Source of the DNA: Actinomyces sp.
GTDB taxonomy: Bacteria > Actinomycetota > Actinomycetes > Actinomycetales > Actinomycetaceae
DNA length: 64,000 nt
Assembly: GCF_030524025.1 (NCBI RefSeq)
Contig: NZ_JAUNHI010000003.1
Coordinates: 27,294-91,293 of the forward strand
Direction of reading: 5' to 3'
Under the pieces are notes generated by a model. It searched no databases. It worked only from the letters and a program-made list of their open reading frames with translations, and was not told the DNA's origin. Every line of letters starts with the position of its first letter. The stretch's first letter is position 1. The position numbers and the translations under genes were made by a program. Below, one piece after another: positions 42,312-52,218 of this stretch.

Positions 42312-42395
42312 CCCGCAGCCCTGCCGAGGGTCCCGGCATACGGACATACGGGGGCCGATTGGGAGCTGGTGTCGGGCCCGGGCTACAGTGGGCCT

Positions 42396-42461
42396 ATGAC
42401 AGCGCGGCACCTCACCTGGTGGTGGCTCCCCTCAGGGCGAGCCACCTCATCGTCGCGCTAG
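42396..42461 (+). CDS. trpL: trp operon leader peptide (MTARHLTWWWLPSGRATSSSR)
   Basis: 21-codon ORF with three consecutive Trp codons TGG TGG TGG, about 95 nt upstream of trpE. The Trp codons lie inside mutually exclusive hairpins. Confidence 0.55.
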   Translation: MTARHLTWWWLPSGRATSSSR

Positions 42462-42516
42462 AACGCACCGGCTCGCTCACCGCGGGCCACCTCGGCACCA
42501 TGCGTGAACGGCCCGC
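42421..42516 (+). promoter_or_regulatory. trp attenuator alternative stem-loops
   Basis: GGTGGCTC (42421-28) pairs with GAGCCACC (42439-46). GCGGGCC (42482-88) pairs with GGCCCGC (42510-16). The GGTGG Trp-codon segment can alternatively pair with the CCACC in 42485-91. Confidence 0.45.
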
Positions 42517-42556
42517 CTGACCACCGATCTGTGGAAGATCTCAGGAAAGAGGCCCC

Positions 42557-44251
42557 ATGGCAACCACGCCACCCGCAGTGCTGACCCGCATTGTGGCCTA
42601 CCACGCCGACGGCGGCGCCCTCCTGCAATCCCTGGCCCGTCAGGGCGTCCTGCGCACCGTCGCCGCTCAGGGCCCCGCCGACCGCCCCGTCGACTGCCTC
42701 CTGCTGGAGAGCGCGGACATCACGACCAAGGCGTCGCGTACAACAATCGCCGTGCTTGAGGCCTCCACCCGCCTGACCTGCCAGGGTCAGGAGGTCCTCC
42801 TCGAGGCTCTGCCCGGGGCCCCGGCCGACGGCCTGGCGGCCCTGGCACGCGTCCGGGAGGCGCTGCCCGAGCACATCGTCGAGGACTCCCCCGGGTGCCT
42901 GCGCCTGGAGATCCCCGCGCCCCCGGAGGACAGCGGCCTGGAGGAGCGCGAACGGCTGAGGTCCGTGTCGACCATCGAGCCGCTGCGGGTGCTGGCGGCC
43001 GCCGACGTCGACCACCCCCACCTGCCCCTGGAGGCGGGCGTCGTCGCCTTCGACTACCTGGCGACCTTCGAGTCCCTGCCCGAGGTCGCCCGGGGCGCCA
43101 ACACCTGCCCCGACTACCTCTTCTACGACGCCCGCATCATCCTCGTGGTCGACCACCCCACCGCCGAGGCGACCCTCGTGGGCGCCTCGGCGGACCCCCA
43201 GGCGCTGGCGGCGCGCATGGAGGAACTGGCGAGCGCCATCGACTCGGCCGAGTCGGCCGACTCGACCCGATCCGTCCCGCCGGTCAGCGGCGATCCGGGC
43301 GATCGGACCGTACGGGCCCTCCCCACGGTCTCGGACGCCGGCTTCGAGGCGGTCGTGGAGCGGATGAAGGAGCACATCGCCGCCGGCGACGTCTACCAGG
43401 TCGTGCCCTCCCGGGGGTTCACCCTGCCCTGCCCCGACGCCCTGGCCGCCTACCACCGGCTGCGCGAGTCCAACCCCAGCCCCTACATGTTCTACCTCGC
43501 CGCCCCCGACTTCGAGCTGTTCGGTGCCTCCCCCGAGTCGGCGCTGCTGCACTCGGCAGTATCGGGCGAGGTCGCCATCCGTCCCATCGCCGGCACCCGA
43601 CCCCGGGGCCTGAGCCCCGACGGCTCGGTCGACCACGAGCGCGACACCCGCCTGGAGCTGGAGCTGCGCACCGACGACAAAGAGGTCGCCGAGCACGTCA
43701 TGCTCGTAGACCTGGCCCGCAACGACGTCGCCCGCGTCAGTGTGCCGGGCAGCCGCCGGGTGGGCGACCTGCTGCGCGTGGACCGCTACAGCCGGGTCAT
43801 GCACCTGGTCTCAGAGGTCTCCGGGCGCCTGGCCCCCGACCTCGACGCGCTCGACGCCTTCCGCGCCTCGATGACGATGGGCACGCTGACCGGCGCCCCC
43901 AAGCTGCGTGCCGCCGAGCTCATCCGCGACGTCGAGGGCGTGCGCCGCGGCTCCTACGGCGGGTCGGTGGGCTACTTCCGGCGCGACGGCGAGCTGGACA
44001 CCTGCATCGTCATCCGCGCGGCCTTCGTGCACGAGGGCACCGCCCTCGTCCAGGCCGGTGCGGGCGTCGTGTCGGACTCGGTACCCGCCGCCGAGGCGGC
44101 CGAGACCATCCACAAGGCCTCGGCGGTCCTCGAGGCCGTGGCGGCGGCCCAGGGCGCCAGGCTCGTCATCGGCCCCCGACCGGGCTGCGAGAACGCCGCC
44201 GGCAAGGACAGCACAGGCAGCACACACAGCACAGACAGCGAGGTGGCCTGA
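42557..44251 (+). CDS. trpE: anthranilate synthase component I
   Basis: 564 aa. Chorismate-binding C-terminal domain GTLTGAPKLRAAELI and GGSVGYF. N-terminal regulatory domain with an LLES motif. Confidence 0.95.
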   Translation: MATTPPAVLTRIVAYHADGGALLQSLARQGVLRTVAAQGPADRPVDCLLLESADITTKASRTTIAVLEASTRLTCQGQEVLLEALPGAPADGLAALARVREALPEHIVEDSPGCLRLEIPAPPEDSGLEERERLRSVSTIEPLRVLAAADVDHPHLPLEAGVVAFDYLATFESLPEVARGANTCPDYLFYDARIILVVDHPTAEATLVGASADPQALAARMEELASAIDSAESADSTRSVPPVSGDPGDRTVRALPTVSDAGFEAVVERMKEHIAAGDVYQVVPSRGFTLPCPDALAAYHRLRESNPSPYMFYLAAPDFELFGASPESALLHSAVSGEVAIRPIAGTRPRGLSPDGSVDHERDTRLELELRTDDKEVAEHVMLVDLARNDVARVSVPGSRRVGDLLRVDRYSRVMHLVSEVSGRLAPDLDALDAFRASMTMGTLTGAPKLRAAELIRDVEGVRRGSYGGSVGYFRRDGELDTCIVIRAAFVHEGTALVQAGAGVVSDSVPAAEAAETIHKASAVLEAVAAAQGARLVIGPRPGCENAAGKDSTGSTHSTDSEVA

Positions 44252-44252
44252 C

Positions 44253-44936
44253 ATGCGCGTCATCCTGCTCGACAACCGCGACTCCTTCGTCTACAACCTC
44301 GTCGACCAGTTCGCCTCCCTGGGCACGGGCATCGAGGTCTACCGCAACACGGTTGCTCCGGACACCGTGCTGACCGCGCTGGAGCCCACCGCCGAGGAGT
44401 CCGCCCAGGGGCTGCGCCCGGTGCTGTGCCTGTCGCCCGGGCCCGGACACCCCCAGGGCTCCGGATGCCTCATGGACCTGGTGGCCGCCGCCCTCGAGCG
44501 CTCGATCCCGACCCTGGGCATCTGCCTGGGCTTCCAGGCCATCGTCGAGGCCTGCGGCGCCAGGGTCGACCGTGTCGGCCCGGTCCACGGACGCTCGGTG
44601 CGCGTCGAGGTGACCGCCGCGGGCCGGACCGACCCCGCCTTCGAGGTGCTGGCCGGCGGGCCCCTGGACGTCGGCCGCTACCACTCCCTGGGCACCCGCG
44701 AGCTGCCCCGTGACCTGGTGCCCCTGGCACACACCCTCGACGGGGTCGTCATGGCCGCCCGTCACCGCAGCGCCCCGGTCGTGGGCCTGCAGTTCCATCC
44801 CGAGTCGGTGCTCACGCCCCAGGGCCCGGGGATCCTCAAGTCCCTGACCGCCGACCTCACCCGGGCCGCAGGCGCGCACTGCGCCCCGACCGGACCCAGC
44901 CCCATGCCGACCACCAGCCCCGGAGGATCACGATGA
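44253..44936 (+). CDS. trpG: anthranilate synthase component II (glutamine amidotransferase)
   Basis: Class I GATase triad (GICLGFQ, HPES). Starts 2 nt after the trpE stop. Confidence 0.9.
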   Translation: MRVILLDNRDSFVYNLVDQFASLGTGIEVYRNTVAPDTVLTALEPTAEESAQGLRPVLCLSPGPGHPQGSGCLMDLVAAALERSIPTLGICLGFQAIVEACGARVDRVGPVHGRSVRVEVTAAGRTDPAFEVLAGGPLDVGRYHSLGTRELPRDLVPLAHTLDGVVMAARHRSAPVVGLQFHPESVLTPQGPGILKSLTADLTRAAGAHCAPTGPSPMPTTSPGGSR

Positions 44937-46054
44937 CCGCCGACTCCACTGAGACCACCACGACCAACGGCACTGGGCAGTCCGGGCAGTCCGGGCGGCC
45001 GGGCCGATCCCCCGCCGTCGCCGACGCCCAGGACGCCCACCGACTCCTGCGCTCGGTCATCCAGGGTAGGCGCCTGACCCAGGAGGAGACCGGCGTCGTC
45101 TTCGCCGCCCTGGGTGCAGGGGACCTGTCCGAGGCGGAGACCGCCGCCCTCCTGGCCGCTCTGCACGCCCGCGGGGAGACTCCCGAGGAGCTGGCCGGCG
45201 CGGCCGGCGCCTTCCGCGCCGCCGCTAGGCCCTTCCCGGAGGTCACCTTCCCCCTGGTCGACGTCGTGGGCACGGGGGGCGACGGCGCCGGGACCATCAA
45301 CATCTCGACCGCCGCCGGGATCGTGGCCGCCTCGATGGGGGTGTCGGTAGCCAAGCACGGCAACCGGGCTGTGTCCTCGCGCACGGGGGCGGCCGACGTC
45401 GTCGCCGCACTGGGCCTGCCCCTGGACCTCGAACCCCAGCGGGCCGTCGAGATCCTCGCCCGCGACCACTTCACCTTCCTGTTCGCCCAGGCCTACCACC
45501 CGGCCATGCGCCACGTCGCGCCGGTGCGCCAGGCGCTCGCCACCCCGACGATCTTCAACGTCCTGGGCCCGCTGCTCAACCCGGCCCACCTGACCTACCA
45601 GCTCATGGGCGTGGCCGACCCCGCCATCCTCGACATGATCGCCGAGACGATGGTGTGCCTGGGCCGCAAGCGCGCGCTCATCGTCCACGGCGCCGGCACC
45701 GACGAGATCGCCGTCCACGGCACGACCCTCGTGCGCGAAGCCACTCCCCGCGGGGTCAAGGCCTACACGGTCGACCCCGAGGACCTGGGCGTGTCCCGCT
45801 ACGACCTGTCCGATCTCGAGGGCGGCGAGCCGCAGGACAACGCCCGCCTCCTGCGCGAGGTGTTCGCCGGAGGGGGCGCCCAGGCGCACCGCGACGCCAT
45901 CGCCGTCAACGCCGGAGCCCTGCTCTACCTGGCCGGTCCCGCCGACGACCTCGCCGACGGCACCCGCATGGCCCTCGAGCAGCTGGCCAGCGGCAGGGTC
46001 GGCGCCCACCTGGAGTCCATGACCACCGCCGCCCAGATCGAGGAGGAGCGATGA
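44933..46054 (+). CDS. trpD: anthranilate phosphoribosyltransferase
   Basis: Motifs [20 protein letters not shown] and [13 protein letters not shown] overlap with trpG. Confidence 0.9.
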   Translation: MTADSTETTTTNGTGQSGQSGRPGRSPAVADAQDAHRLLRSVIQGRRLTQEETGVVFAALGAGDLSEAETAALLAALHARGETPEELAGAAGAFRAAARPFPEVTFPLVDVVGTGGDGAGTINISTAAGIVAASMGVSVAKHGNRAVSSRTGAADVVAALGLPLDLEPQRAVEILARDHFTFLFAQAYHPAMRHVAPVRQALATPTIFNVLGPLLNPAHLTYQLMGVADPAILDMIAETMVCLGRKRALIVHGAGTDEIAVHGTTLVREATPRGVKAYTVDPEDLGVSRYDLSDLEGGEPQDNARLLREVFAGGGAQAHRDAIAVNAGALLYLAGPADDLADGTRMALEQLASGRVGAHLESMTTAAQIEEER

Positions 46055-48282
46055 GCCCCGTCACCAGGCCGCAGGACGGGGCACGCCCCGAGCGCCTGCC
46101 CGTCGAGGCCCGCCTCATCGCCACCGGCACGGTCCTGGACTCCATCGTCGAGGGGCGCCGCGCCCGCCTGCCCGAGCTGCGCGAGCGCTTCGGCCACCTG
46201 CGCGCCGCGGACCTGCCGCGCTCCGAGCGCTCACTGGCCCGGGCCCTGCGCACCCGCACGGGCCCGGGCGCCATCGAGCAGCCGGCGCTCATCATGGAGT
46301 GCAAGGCCGCCTCCCCCTCGCGCGGGACCCTGCGCACCGCCTACGACCCGGCCGAGCTGGCCCGCGCCTACGCGCCCCACGCCGCCGCCGTGTCCGTGCT
46401 CACCGAGCCTGACCGTTTCAACGGCTCCTTCGAGGACCTCGCGGCCGTGCGCGGCGAGGTCGACGTGCCCGTGCTGTGCAAGGACTTCATCGTCGATGAG
46501 GTCCAGGTGCTGGCCGCCCGCTCGCTGGGCGCCGACGCGATCCTGCTCATGCTCTCGGTCGTGCCCGACGACGTCTACCGCGAGCTGGCCGGGCTGGCCG
46601 AGTCCCTGGGCATGGACGTGCTCACCGAGGTGTCCACGCGCGAGGAGATGCGCCGCGCCGCCGCCCTGGGGGCACGGGTCATCGGCATCAACAACCGGGA
46701 CCTGCGCACCCTGGCCACCGACATCGCTCGCACCGAGGAGCTCGCACCCCTCGCACCGGCCGGTGTCGTGCTCGTCGGCGAGTCCGGTGTCCACGAGCCC
46801 CAGGACGTGCGCCGCCTGGCCGGGCTCGTCGATGCCCTGCTCGTGGGCTCGGCCCTGTCGAGCGCCCCCGACCCGGGCGCCGTCGCGCAGGCCCTGGCCG
46901 CGGCCGTCGAGCCCCGCCGCGAGCGGGGGGAGGCCGGGCGGGCCCACGGCGACCACCACCACCCGCGTCTGAGCGCCTACTACGGCCAGTACGGGGGCCA
47001 GTACGTCCCCGAGCTGCTCATCCCCGCCCTCGACCAGCTCGAGGACGCCTTCATCGAGGCCCAGGCCGACCCGTCCTTCGCCGCCGAGCTCAACGAGCTG
47101 CTCCACCGGTACCTGGGGCGGCCCACGCCGGTCACCGAGCTGCGCAACCTCCCCCGGGAGGGCAATGCCCGCATCTTCCTCAAGCGCGAGGATCTCGTCC
47201 ACGGCGGGGCCCACAAGGGCAACCAGGTCCTGGGACAGGCCCTCCTGGCCCGCCGCATGGGCAAGTCCCGGATCATCGCCGAGACCGGCGCCGGGCAGCA
47301 CGGCACGGCCACCGCCATGGTCTGCGCCCTGCTGGGGCTGGAGTGCACGATCTACATGGGCGCCACCGACGTCGTGCGGCAGGCCTCCAACGTCGAGCGC
47401 ATGGAGCTGATGGGGGCACGGGTCCTCCCCGTGGCCTCGGGGGCCGGCACCCTCAAGGACGCCGTCAACGAGGCCCTGCGGGACTGGTCGGCCTCCTTCC
47501 ACGACACCCACTACCTCCTGGGCACGGCCGCCGGCGCCCACCCCTTCCCCACCATCGTCCACGAGTACCACCGCTGCATCTCCGTGGAGGCGCGCGCCCA
47601 GATCCTTGAGATGACCGGACGCCTGCCTGACGAGGTCATCGCCTGCGTGGGCGGGGGCTCCAACGCCATCGGCATGTTCTCCGAGTTCGTCGCCGACCAG
47701 GGCGTGGGCCTCATCGGGGTCGAGCCGGCCGGCGAGGGCCTGGGCACCGCGCGCCACGGCGCCCCGATCAACCAGGGCACGGTCGGCATTCTCCACGGGG
47801 CCCGCAGTTATCTCATGCGCACCCCCGACGGCCAGGTCGAGGAGTCCTTCTCCGTCTCGGCGGGACTGGACTATCCCGGTGTGGGGCCCGAGCACGCCTG
47901 GCTGGCCGACACCGGCCGGGCCCGCTATGTCGGCGTCACCGACGCCCAGGCCCTCGAGGCCTTCGAGCTGCTGTCGCGGTGGGAGGGCATCGTCCCCGCC
48001 CTGGAGTCGGCCCACGCCCTGGCCCAGGCCCTCGCCATCGCCCGGCGAACCCCCGACCACCTCCCGGCACCGCACCTGCTCGTGTGCCTGTCGGGCCGCG
48101 GCGACAAGGACCTCGACCAGGTCCGGGCGCTGCGCGGGGGGAGCTTCAGCTCCGACTCCGCCGTCGCCCGCGCGGCCGTCATGGTCGAACAGATGGGCAA
48201 ACGCACGGAGTACCAGTCGATGACCCAGTCGATGACCCAGCCCGTGCAGCAGCCCGTGACCGGCGAGGAGCCCCGAGGATGA
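46051..48282 (+). CDS. trpCB: fused indole-3-glycerol-phosphate synthase / tryptophan synthase beta chain
   Basis: Single 743-codon frame. The N-terminal 280 aa are IGPS ([28 protein letters not shown]). The C-terminal 440 aa are PLP-dependent TrpB ([41 protein letters not shown]). No stop or start codon separates them. ATGA overlap with trpD. Confidence 0.85.
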   Translation: MSPVTRPQDGARPERLPVEARLIATGTVLDSIVEGRRARLPELRERFGHLRAADLPRSERSLARALRTRTGPGAIEQPALIMECKAASPSRGTLRTAYDPAELARAYAPHAAAVSVLTEPDRFNGSFEDLAAVRGEVDVPVLCKDFIVDEVQVLAARSLGADAILLMLSVVPDDVYRELAGLAESLGMDVLTEVSTREEMRRAAALGARVIGINNRDLRTLATDIARTEELAPLAPAGVVLVGESGVHEPQDVRRLAGLVDALLVGSALSSAPDPGAVAQALAAAVEPRRERGEAGRAHGDHHHPRLSAYYGQYGGQYVPELLIPALDQLEDAFIEAQADPSFAAELNELLHRYLGRPTPVTELRNLPREGNARIFLKREDLVHGGAHKGNQVLGQALLARRMGKSRIIAETGAGQHGTATAMVCALLGLECTIYMGATDVVRQASNVERMELMGARVLPVASGAGTLKDAVNEALRDWSASFHDTHYLLGTAAGAHPFPTIVHEYHRCISVEARAQILEMTGRLPDEVIACVGGGSNAIGMFSEFVADQGVGLIGVEPAGEGLGTARHGAPINQGTVGILHGARSYLMRTPDGQVEESFSVSAGLDYPGVGPEHAWLADTGRARYVGVTDAQALEAFELLSRWEGIVPALESAHALAQALAIARRTPDHLPAPHLLVCLSGRGDKDLDQVRALRGGSFSSDSAVARAAVMVEQMGKRTEYQSMTQSMTQPVQQPVTGEEPRG

Positions 48283-49136
48283 CCCGTTACACCGCGATGT
48301 TCGACCGCCTGTCCCGCGACGGGCAGGGCGCCTTCGTCCCCTTCGTCATGGTCGGCGACCCGACCGCGGCCCTGTCGGAGGATGTCATCGAGGCGCTCAT
48401 CGAGGCCGGTGCCGACGCCCTCGAGCTCGGCGTGCCCTTCTCCGACCCGGTCGCCGACGGGCCGACCATCCAGCGCGCCCACATCCGCGCCCTGGAGGCC
48501 GGCTCGGACTTCGAGGCCTGCCTGCAGGTCGTGGGCCGTGTCCGGGGGCGCCACCCCGACCTGCCCATCGGCATGCTCATCTACGGCAACGTGCCCTTCG
48601 CCCGCGGCCTGGAGGCCTTCTACGCCGACTGCGCCGCCGCGGGCGTCGACTCGGTGCTCGTCCCCGACGTCCCGGTGCGCGAGTCCGCGCCCTTCTCCGC
48701 GGCGGCCGCGGCGGCCGGCGTCGACGCGGTCTACATCGCACCGCCGTCGTCATCGGCCCAGACCCTCGACGCGGTGGCCGAGGCCTCCCGGGGCTATGTC
48801 TACGCCGTCTCGCGGGTCGGTGTCACGGGCGCCGAGCACGCCTCGTCGACGGCCGGCCTGGCCGAGTCAGTGGCGCGCCTGCGGGCCGACGCCGCCGCGC
48901 CGGTCATGCTGGGCTTCGGGATCTCCCGGCCCGAGCAGGTTGCCGAGGCCATCGCCGCCGGGGCCGACGGCGCCATCTCCGGCTCGGCGACCGTGGCCAT
49001 CATCGAGCGCCACGCCCCGGCGCTCCTGTCGACGGCGCAGGGCGGGGACGACCGAGCCGCCGCCGTGGCGGCCATGGTCGATGAGCTCACGGAGTTCGTC
49101 GCAGCGATGAAGGCAGCGACCCTGCCGACCCCCTGA
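48279..49136 (+). CDS. trpA: tryptophan synthase alpha chain
   Basis: ATGA overlap with the trpB stop. [28 protein letters not shown] and GFGIS motifs. Confidence 0.9.
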   Translation: MTRYTAMFDRLSRDGQGAFVPFVMVGDPTAALSEDVIEALIEAGADALELGVPFSDPVADGPTIQRAHIRALEAGSDFEACLQVVGRVRGRHPDLPIGMLIYGNVPFARGLEAFYADCAAAGVDSVLVPDVPVRESAPFSAAAAAAGVDAVYIAPPSSSAQTLDAVAEASRGYVYAVSRVGVTGAEHASSTAGLAESVARLRADAAAPVMLGFGISRPEQVAEAIAAGADGAISGSATVAIIERHAPALLSTAQGGDDRAAAVAAMVDELTEFVAAMKAATLPTP

Positions 49137-49317
49137 ACCCGTCGTCAACAACACGGACCCACCGGCAGGGGCGCAGAGGGGGCGGAGGGGAGCAATACCC
49201 GGAGGCGGAACTTGCCCCGCGGTCCTCCGGCGTGTGATGCTGAATCCGGCGGAGTTCCGCATTTCTTGACATTGCTTGACCTGAGCGACAAACCTGACCT
49301 CCCTGGAAAGGCTCATC

Positions 49318-50880
49318 ATGCACATTGACACGCCCCGGCCGACTGCGCTGTGGCGCCGTACCCTCGCTTTTCTCCTCGCTACTCCCTTGGCCGCAGCCGC
49401 CCTGGCCGTCCCCGCCCAGGCCGACACCCAGCCGCAACCCGTCCCTCTTGACCAGATCAGCGCCTCCGGCTCCTACGACTCGACCTCCGAGGCGTGTCGC
49501 GGCTCGGAGGATGCCTCCGACTGCCTGACCTGGGCGGTGGTCGTGCCCGACTCCCTGGCGGCCGAGGACGGCTCGGTGACCGTCACCGTCGAGGCCGACT
49601 CGGCGCCGGGCCAGTGGAGCTGGGCCTGCCCGGCCGCCACCCGGGCGGCCGGCACCGCCAGCTTCCTCACCCCCGACAGTCAGACCGGCGGGGTCAGCGT
49701 CCTGGCCAGCGCCGAACTGTCCGAGCACTCGACACTCAACTACGGCCTGTACGGGGACTCGGTGGCCTCGATCGACACCGTCGAGTGCACCCCCGAGCAC
49801 CTGCGGCTGACCGTGAGCGCCGACTTCTCCTACCAGCCGGCGGGCTCTTATCTCACCCTGGACCTCGGCACGGCGGTCCACGCCCCGGGCACCGCCGAAC
49901 GCAGCTACGACTTCGCCCCGGAGGTCATCGCCTCGACCCGCACCGACTCGGTGACCCCGACGGCCACCGTCCAGAAGAAGGACGCGGCCGCCGCGCAGGT
50001 GTCGGTGACCACGAGCCGGGTCGATGATCCCGCCGCCCAGGCCGGCGCCGGGGCCATGGCTATTGAGGCGCGCAACGACTCGGCCTCCGCCCTGACTGAC
50101 TTCACCGTCTCGCCGGCGGTGACCACCGGGCCGGCCACGATCACCTCGCTGACCTGTGACCTGATCGCCTACGGTGGGCAGGTCGTCACCGACTCCGACC
50201 CGGCCGACGGTCTGAGCGTGGCCAGCGGCACCGCCTCAGTGCCCAGCGGGCAGGCCGTCAGCTGCCGGGCCGACCTGGCCGGCGTCGTGGGCCGCAACAC
50301 GGTGACCACCTCGGTGACGGCGGGCGGCGAGACCTTCACCGGCGCCTACACCGACGACCGCCCGGTCACGAGCACGGCCCTGACCACCGAGTCCCCCACG
50401 GTCCAGGTCGAGTCCCTGAGCCCCGGGGCCGATGGCAGCCCGCGCAACTACGTCGCCTTGACCTACACGGTCACCTTCACCAACACGACGGATGCGGCGG
50501 GCCGCACCCCCCAGGTGGTCCTCCACCCCCACACGCCCACCGGACTGAGCTTCGCCGGCGTGTGGGCCGCCTGGCAGTGGCAGGAGGGGACCTTCAAGCC
50601 CTACAGCGACTTCCTCGTCCCGGAGGCGGACGGCACCCTGCACCTGCCCAACGAGACCGCCCTGGGGGCCTACTCGACGCACACGGTCAGCCTGACCGCC
50701 TACTACGACATCGACGTCGCCGCTGTCACGGCGGCGGGAGGCTGGGACCAGCTCGGCGCCTGCGTGGCGGGCGACCCGACAACCGGCCTGACCACCGACG
50801 TCGAGGTCACCGCCGGCCCCGGCATCGAGGCCACGACCCACACGACCTGCACGGCCGTGACCCGTCCCGAGGGCCAGTAG
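49318..50880 (+). CDS. secreted Thr/Ser/Ala-rich protein of unknown function
   Basis: Signal peptide ending LAVPAQA|DT. 520 aa. No LPXTG or lipobox. Beta-rich low-complexity composition. Confidence 0.6.
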   Translation: MHIDTPRPTALWRRTLAFLLATPLAAAALAVPAQADTQPQPVPLDQISASGSYDSTSEACRGSEDASDCLTWAVVVPDSLAAEDGSVTVTVEADSAPGQWSWACPAATRAAGTASFLTPDSQTGGVSVLASAELSEHSTLNYGLYGDSVASIDTVECTPEHLRLTVSADFSYQPAGSYLTLDLGTAVHAPGTAERSYDFAPEVIASTRTDSVTPTATVQKKDAAAAQVSVTTSRVDDPAAQAGAGAMAIEARNDSASALTDFTVSPAVTTGPATITSLTCDLIAYGGQVVTDSDPADGLSVASGTASVPSGQAVSCRADLAGVVGRNTVTTSVTAGGETFTGAYTDDRPVTSTALTTESPTVQVESLSPGADGSPRNYVALTYTVTFTNTTDAAGRTPQVVLHPHTPTGLSFAGVWAAWQWQEGTFKPYSDFLVPEADGTLHLPNETALGAYSTHTVSLTAYYDIDVAAVTAAGGWDQLGACVAGDPTTGLTTDVEVTAGPGIEATTHTTCTAVTRPEGQ

Positions 50881-51005
50881 GTCCCCGCTCACGGAACCCC
50901 GCCACCGGCTCGCCGGCTGACCGCCCCAGGGGCGTCGGCCGGCGAGCCGCCGTTGGTGGCGGCCCCGCGCGGCAGGCTACGTGGCAGGCGCGGTAGGGTC
51001 GGGCC

Positions 51006-51512
51006 ATGGCTTCACTGCTCACCCGGGTGCTGGGCGCCCTGACACGCGCCCCCGCCTCTCCCCCCGCGACGGCCCGGCCCGCCTCGAAGCAGGGGGTGGC
51101 CGTCTACGACGTGGCGGCGCGAGGGCTGCCCGCCTTCACCTACGCCCCCGACCCCGACGGCCAGGCCGACCCCGGGGAGGTCGTGTGGACCTGGGTGCCC
51201 TACGAGGACGACCCCTCCCGCGGCAAGGACAGGCCCGTCCTCGTCCTGTCCCGCCTGCCCGAGGGGTTCGTCGTGGCCCAGATGACGAGCAAGGACCACG
51301 ACCGCGACGCCGCGCAGGAGGCCCGCTGGGGCAGGTACTGGGTCGATGTGGGCACCGGGGCCTGGGACAGCCGCGGCCGGCCCTCCGAGCTCCGCCTTGA
51401 CCGCCTCCTCATCGTCGCCCCGACGGCGGTGCGTCGTGAGGGGGCGACGATGAGCCGAGCCACCTTCGAGCGGGTCGTGGCGGCCCTGCGCTCCCACTGT
51501 GGAACGCTGTAA
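51006..51512 (+). CDS. PemK/MazF-fold toxin-like protein, solitary
   Basis: GEVVWTWVPYEDDPSRGKDRPVLVLS...GFVVAQMTSKD...LDRLLIV fits the PemK/MazF SH3-like barrel pattern, with a roughly 50-aa N-terminal extension. No adjacent antitoxin-sized ORF. Confidence 0.5.
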   Translation: MASLLTRVLGALTRAPASPPATARPASKQGVAVYDVAARGLPAFTYAPDPDGQADPGEVVWTWVPYEDDPSRGKDRPVLVLSRLPEGFVVAQMTSKDHDRDAAQEARWGRYWVDVGTGAWDSRGRPSELRLDRLLIVAPTAVRREGATMSRATFERVVAALRSHCGTL

Positions 51513-51597
51513 ACTAGGCAAGAGGCCCAGTCCCCGGTCGCATCATGACCCTGTCAACCGCCCCGCCAGGTCGCCACCCACACCTCTTCGATGGACC

Positions 51598-51750
51598 TGG
51601 GCAGTGGTCTGGTTCGGCCTTGTGGAGCGCCAGACCGTACGACGCGGGGTATTCAAGTCCGTCAAGGACCCCAACACCGAGCTCCGCGCCTACATCGATG
51701 GCTGGAACAAACGTTCCCGCCCCTTCACCTGGACCAAGACCGCAGAATAG
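51598..51750 (+). mobile_element. IS630-family (DDE_3) transposase C-terminal remnant
   Basis: WFGLVERQTVRRGVFKSVKDPNTELRAYIDGWNKRSRPFTWTKTAE matches the conserved C-terminal tail of IS630-like transposases (..RRGxFxSVxDL..I..yI..wN....PFxWTKTA). The DDE catalytic domain and inverted repeats are absent. Confidence 0.55.
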
Positions 51751-51946
51751 GTCTGGCCAATGTCAACAATCCCAGAATCGCCAGCTCTCGCCGTTAGCAA
51801 CGTCATGAAATGAACATCACTTAGAACCATGTTGCTAGCGACATCCGCACTAGTTTCCGTCTCCCACTGGACTGAGCGCCTCATAGCGCATAGAATGACG
51901 CCACGCGACACCGCCGTCGCACATGAACTCAAGGAAGGATAGCCTC

Positions 51947-52132
51947 ATGCCCAAACCATGGCTGAGGTACCTGGAAGTACGGGAGAAATTTGACCGTTGT
52001 ATGGTCCAAGTTCTACCACCCGACCCGGAGGCACGGCTCATCCGTGAAGAACGCGATAGTGACCGTTCGCTCTCCCCTGGTGGGCGCTGGCCAGTGGTCC
52101 GTCGCCCAGGTCCGCGCCACTCCAGGCAATAA
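51947..52132 (+). CDS. small basic hypothetical protein (61 aa)
   Basis: AAGGAAGGA RBS 7 nt upstream of the ATG. MPKPWLRYLEVREKFDRCMVQVLPPDPEARLIREERD... Lies in lower-GC DNA. No homology recognised. Confidence 0.25.
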   Translation: MPKPWLRYLEVREKFDRCMVQVLPPDPEARLIREERDSDRSLSPGGRWPVVRRPGPRHSRQ

Positions 52133-52163
52133 CCAAGCGTTCTACCGGTTCGGATAAGGTACG

Positions 52164-52197
52164 GGGGTGGTGAACTAGTGTACTGGCTCACCACCCC
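52164..52197 (+). other. perfect 10-bp hairpin GGGGTGGTGA-n14-TCACCACCCC, 22 nt upstream of the membrane-protein start
   Basis: Read directly from the sequence. Loop is ACTAGTGTACTGGC. Sits between the small ORF stop and ATG 52219. No U-run follows. Confidence 0.45.
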
Positions 52198-52218
52198 TAT
52201 CCCTGATACTGACAGATT

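Noticed and set aside
42458-43804. 448-aa minus-strand ORF
   Set aside because: Antisense to trpE.
45655-46050. 5' 130 codons of the 875-aa ORF
   Set aside because: Alternative frame of trpD. The true start is ATG 46051, overlapping the trpD stop.
46231-48075. 614-aa minus-strand ORF
   Set aside because: Antisense to the trpC-trpB frame.
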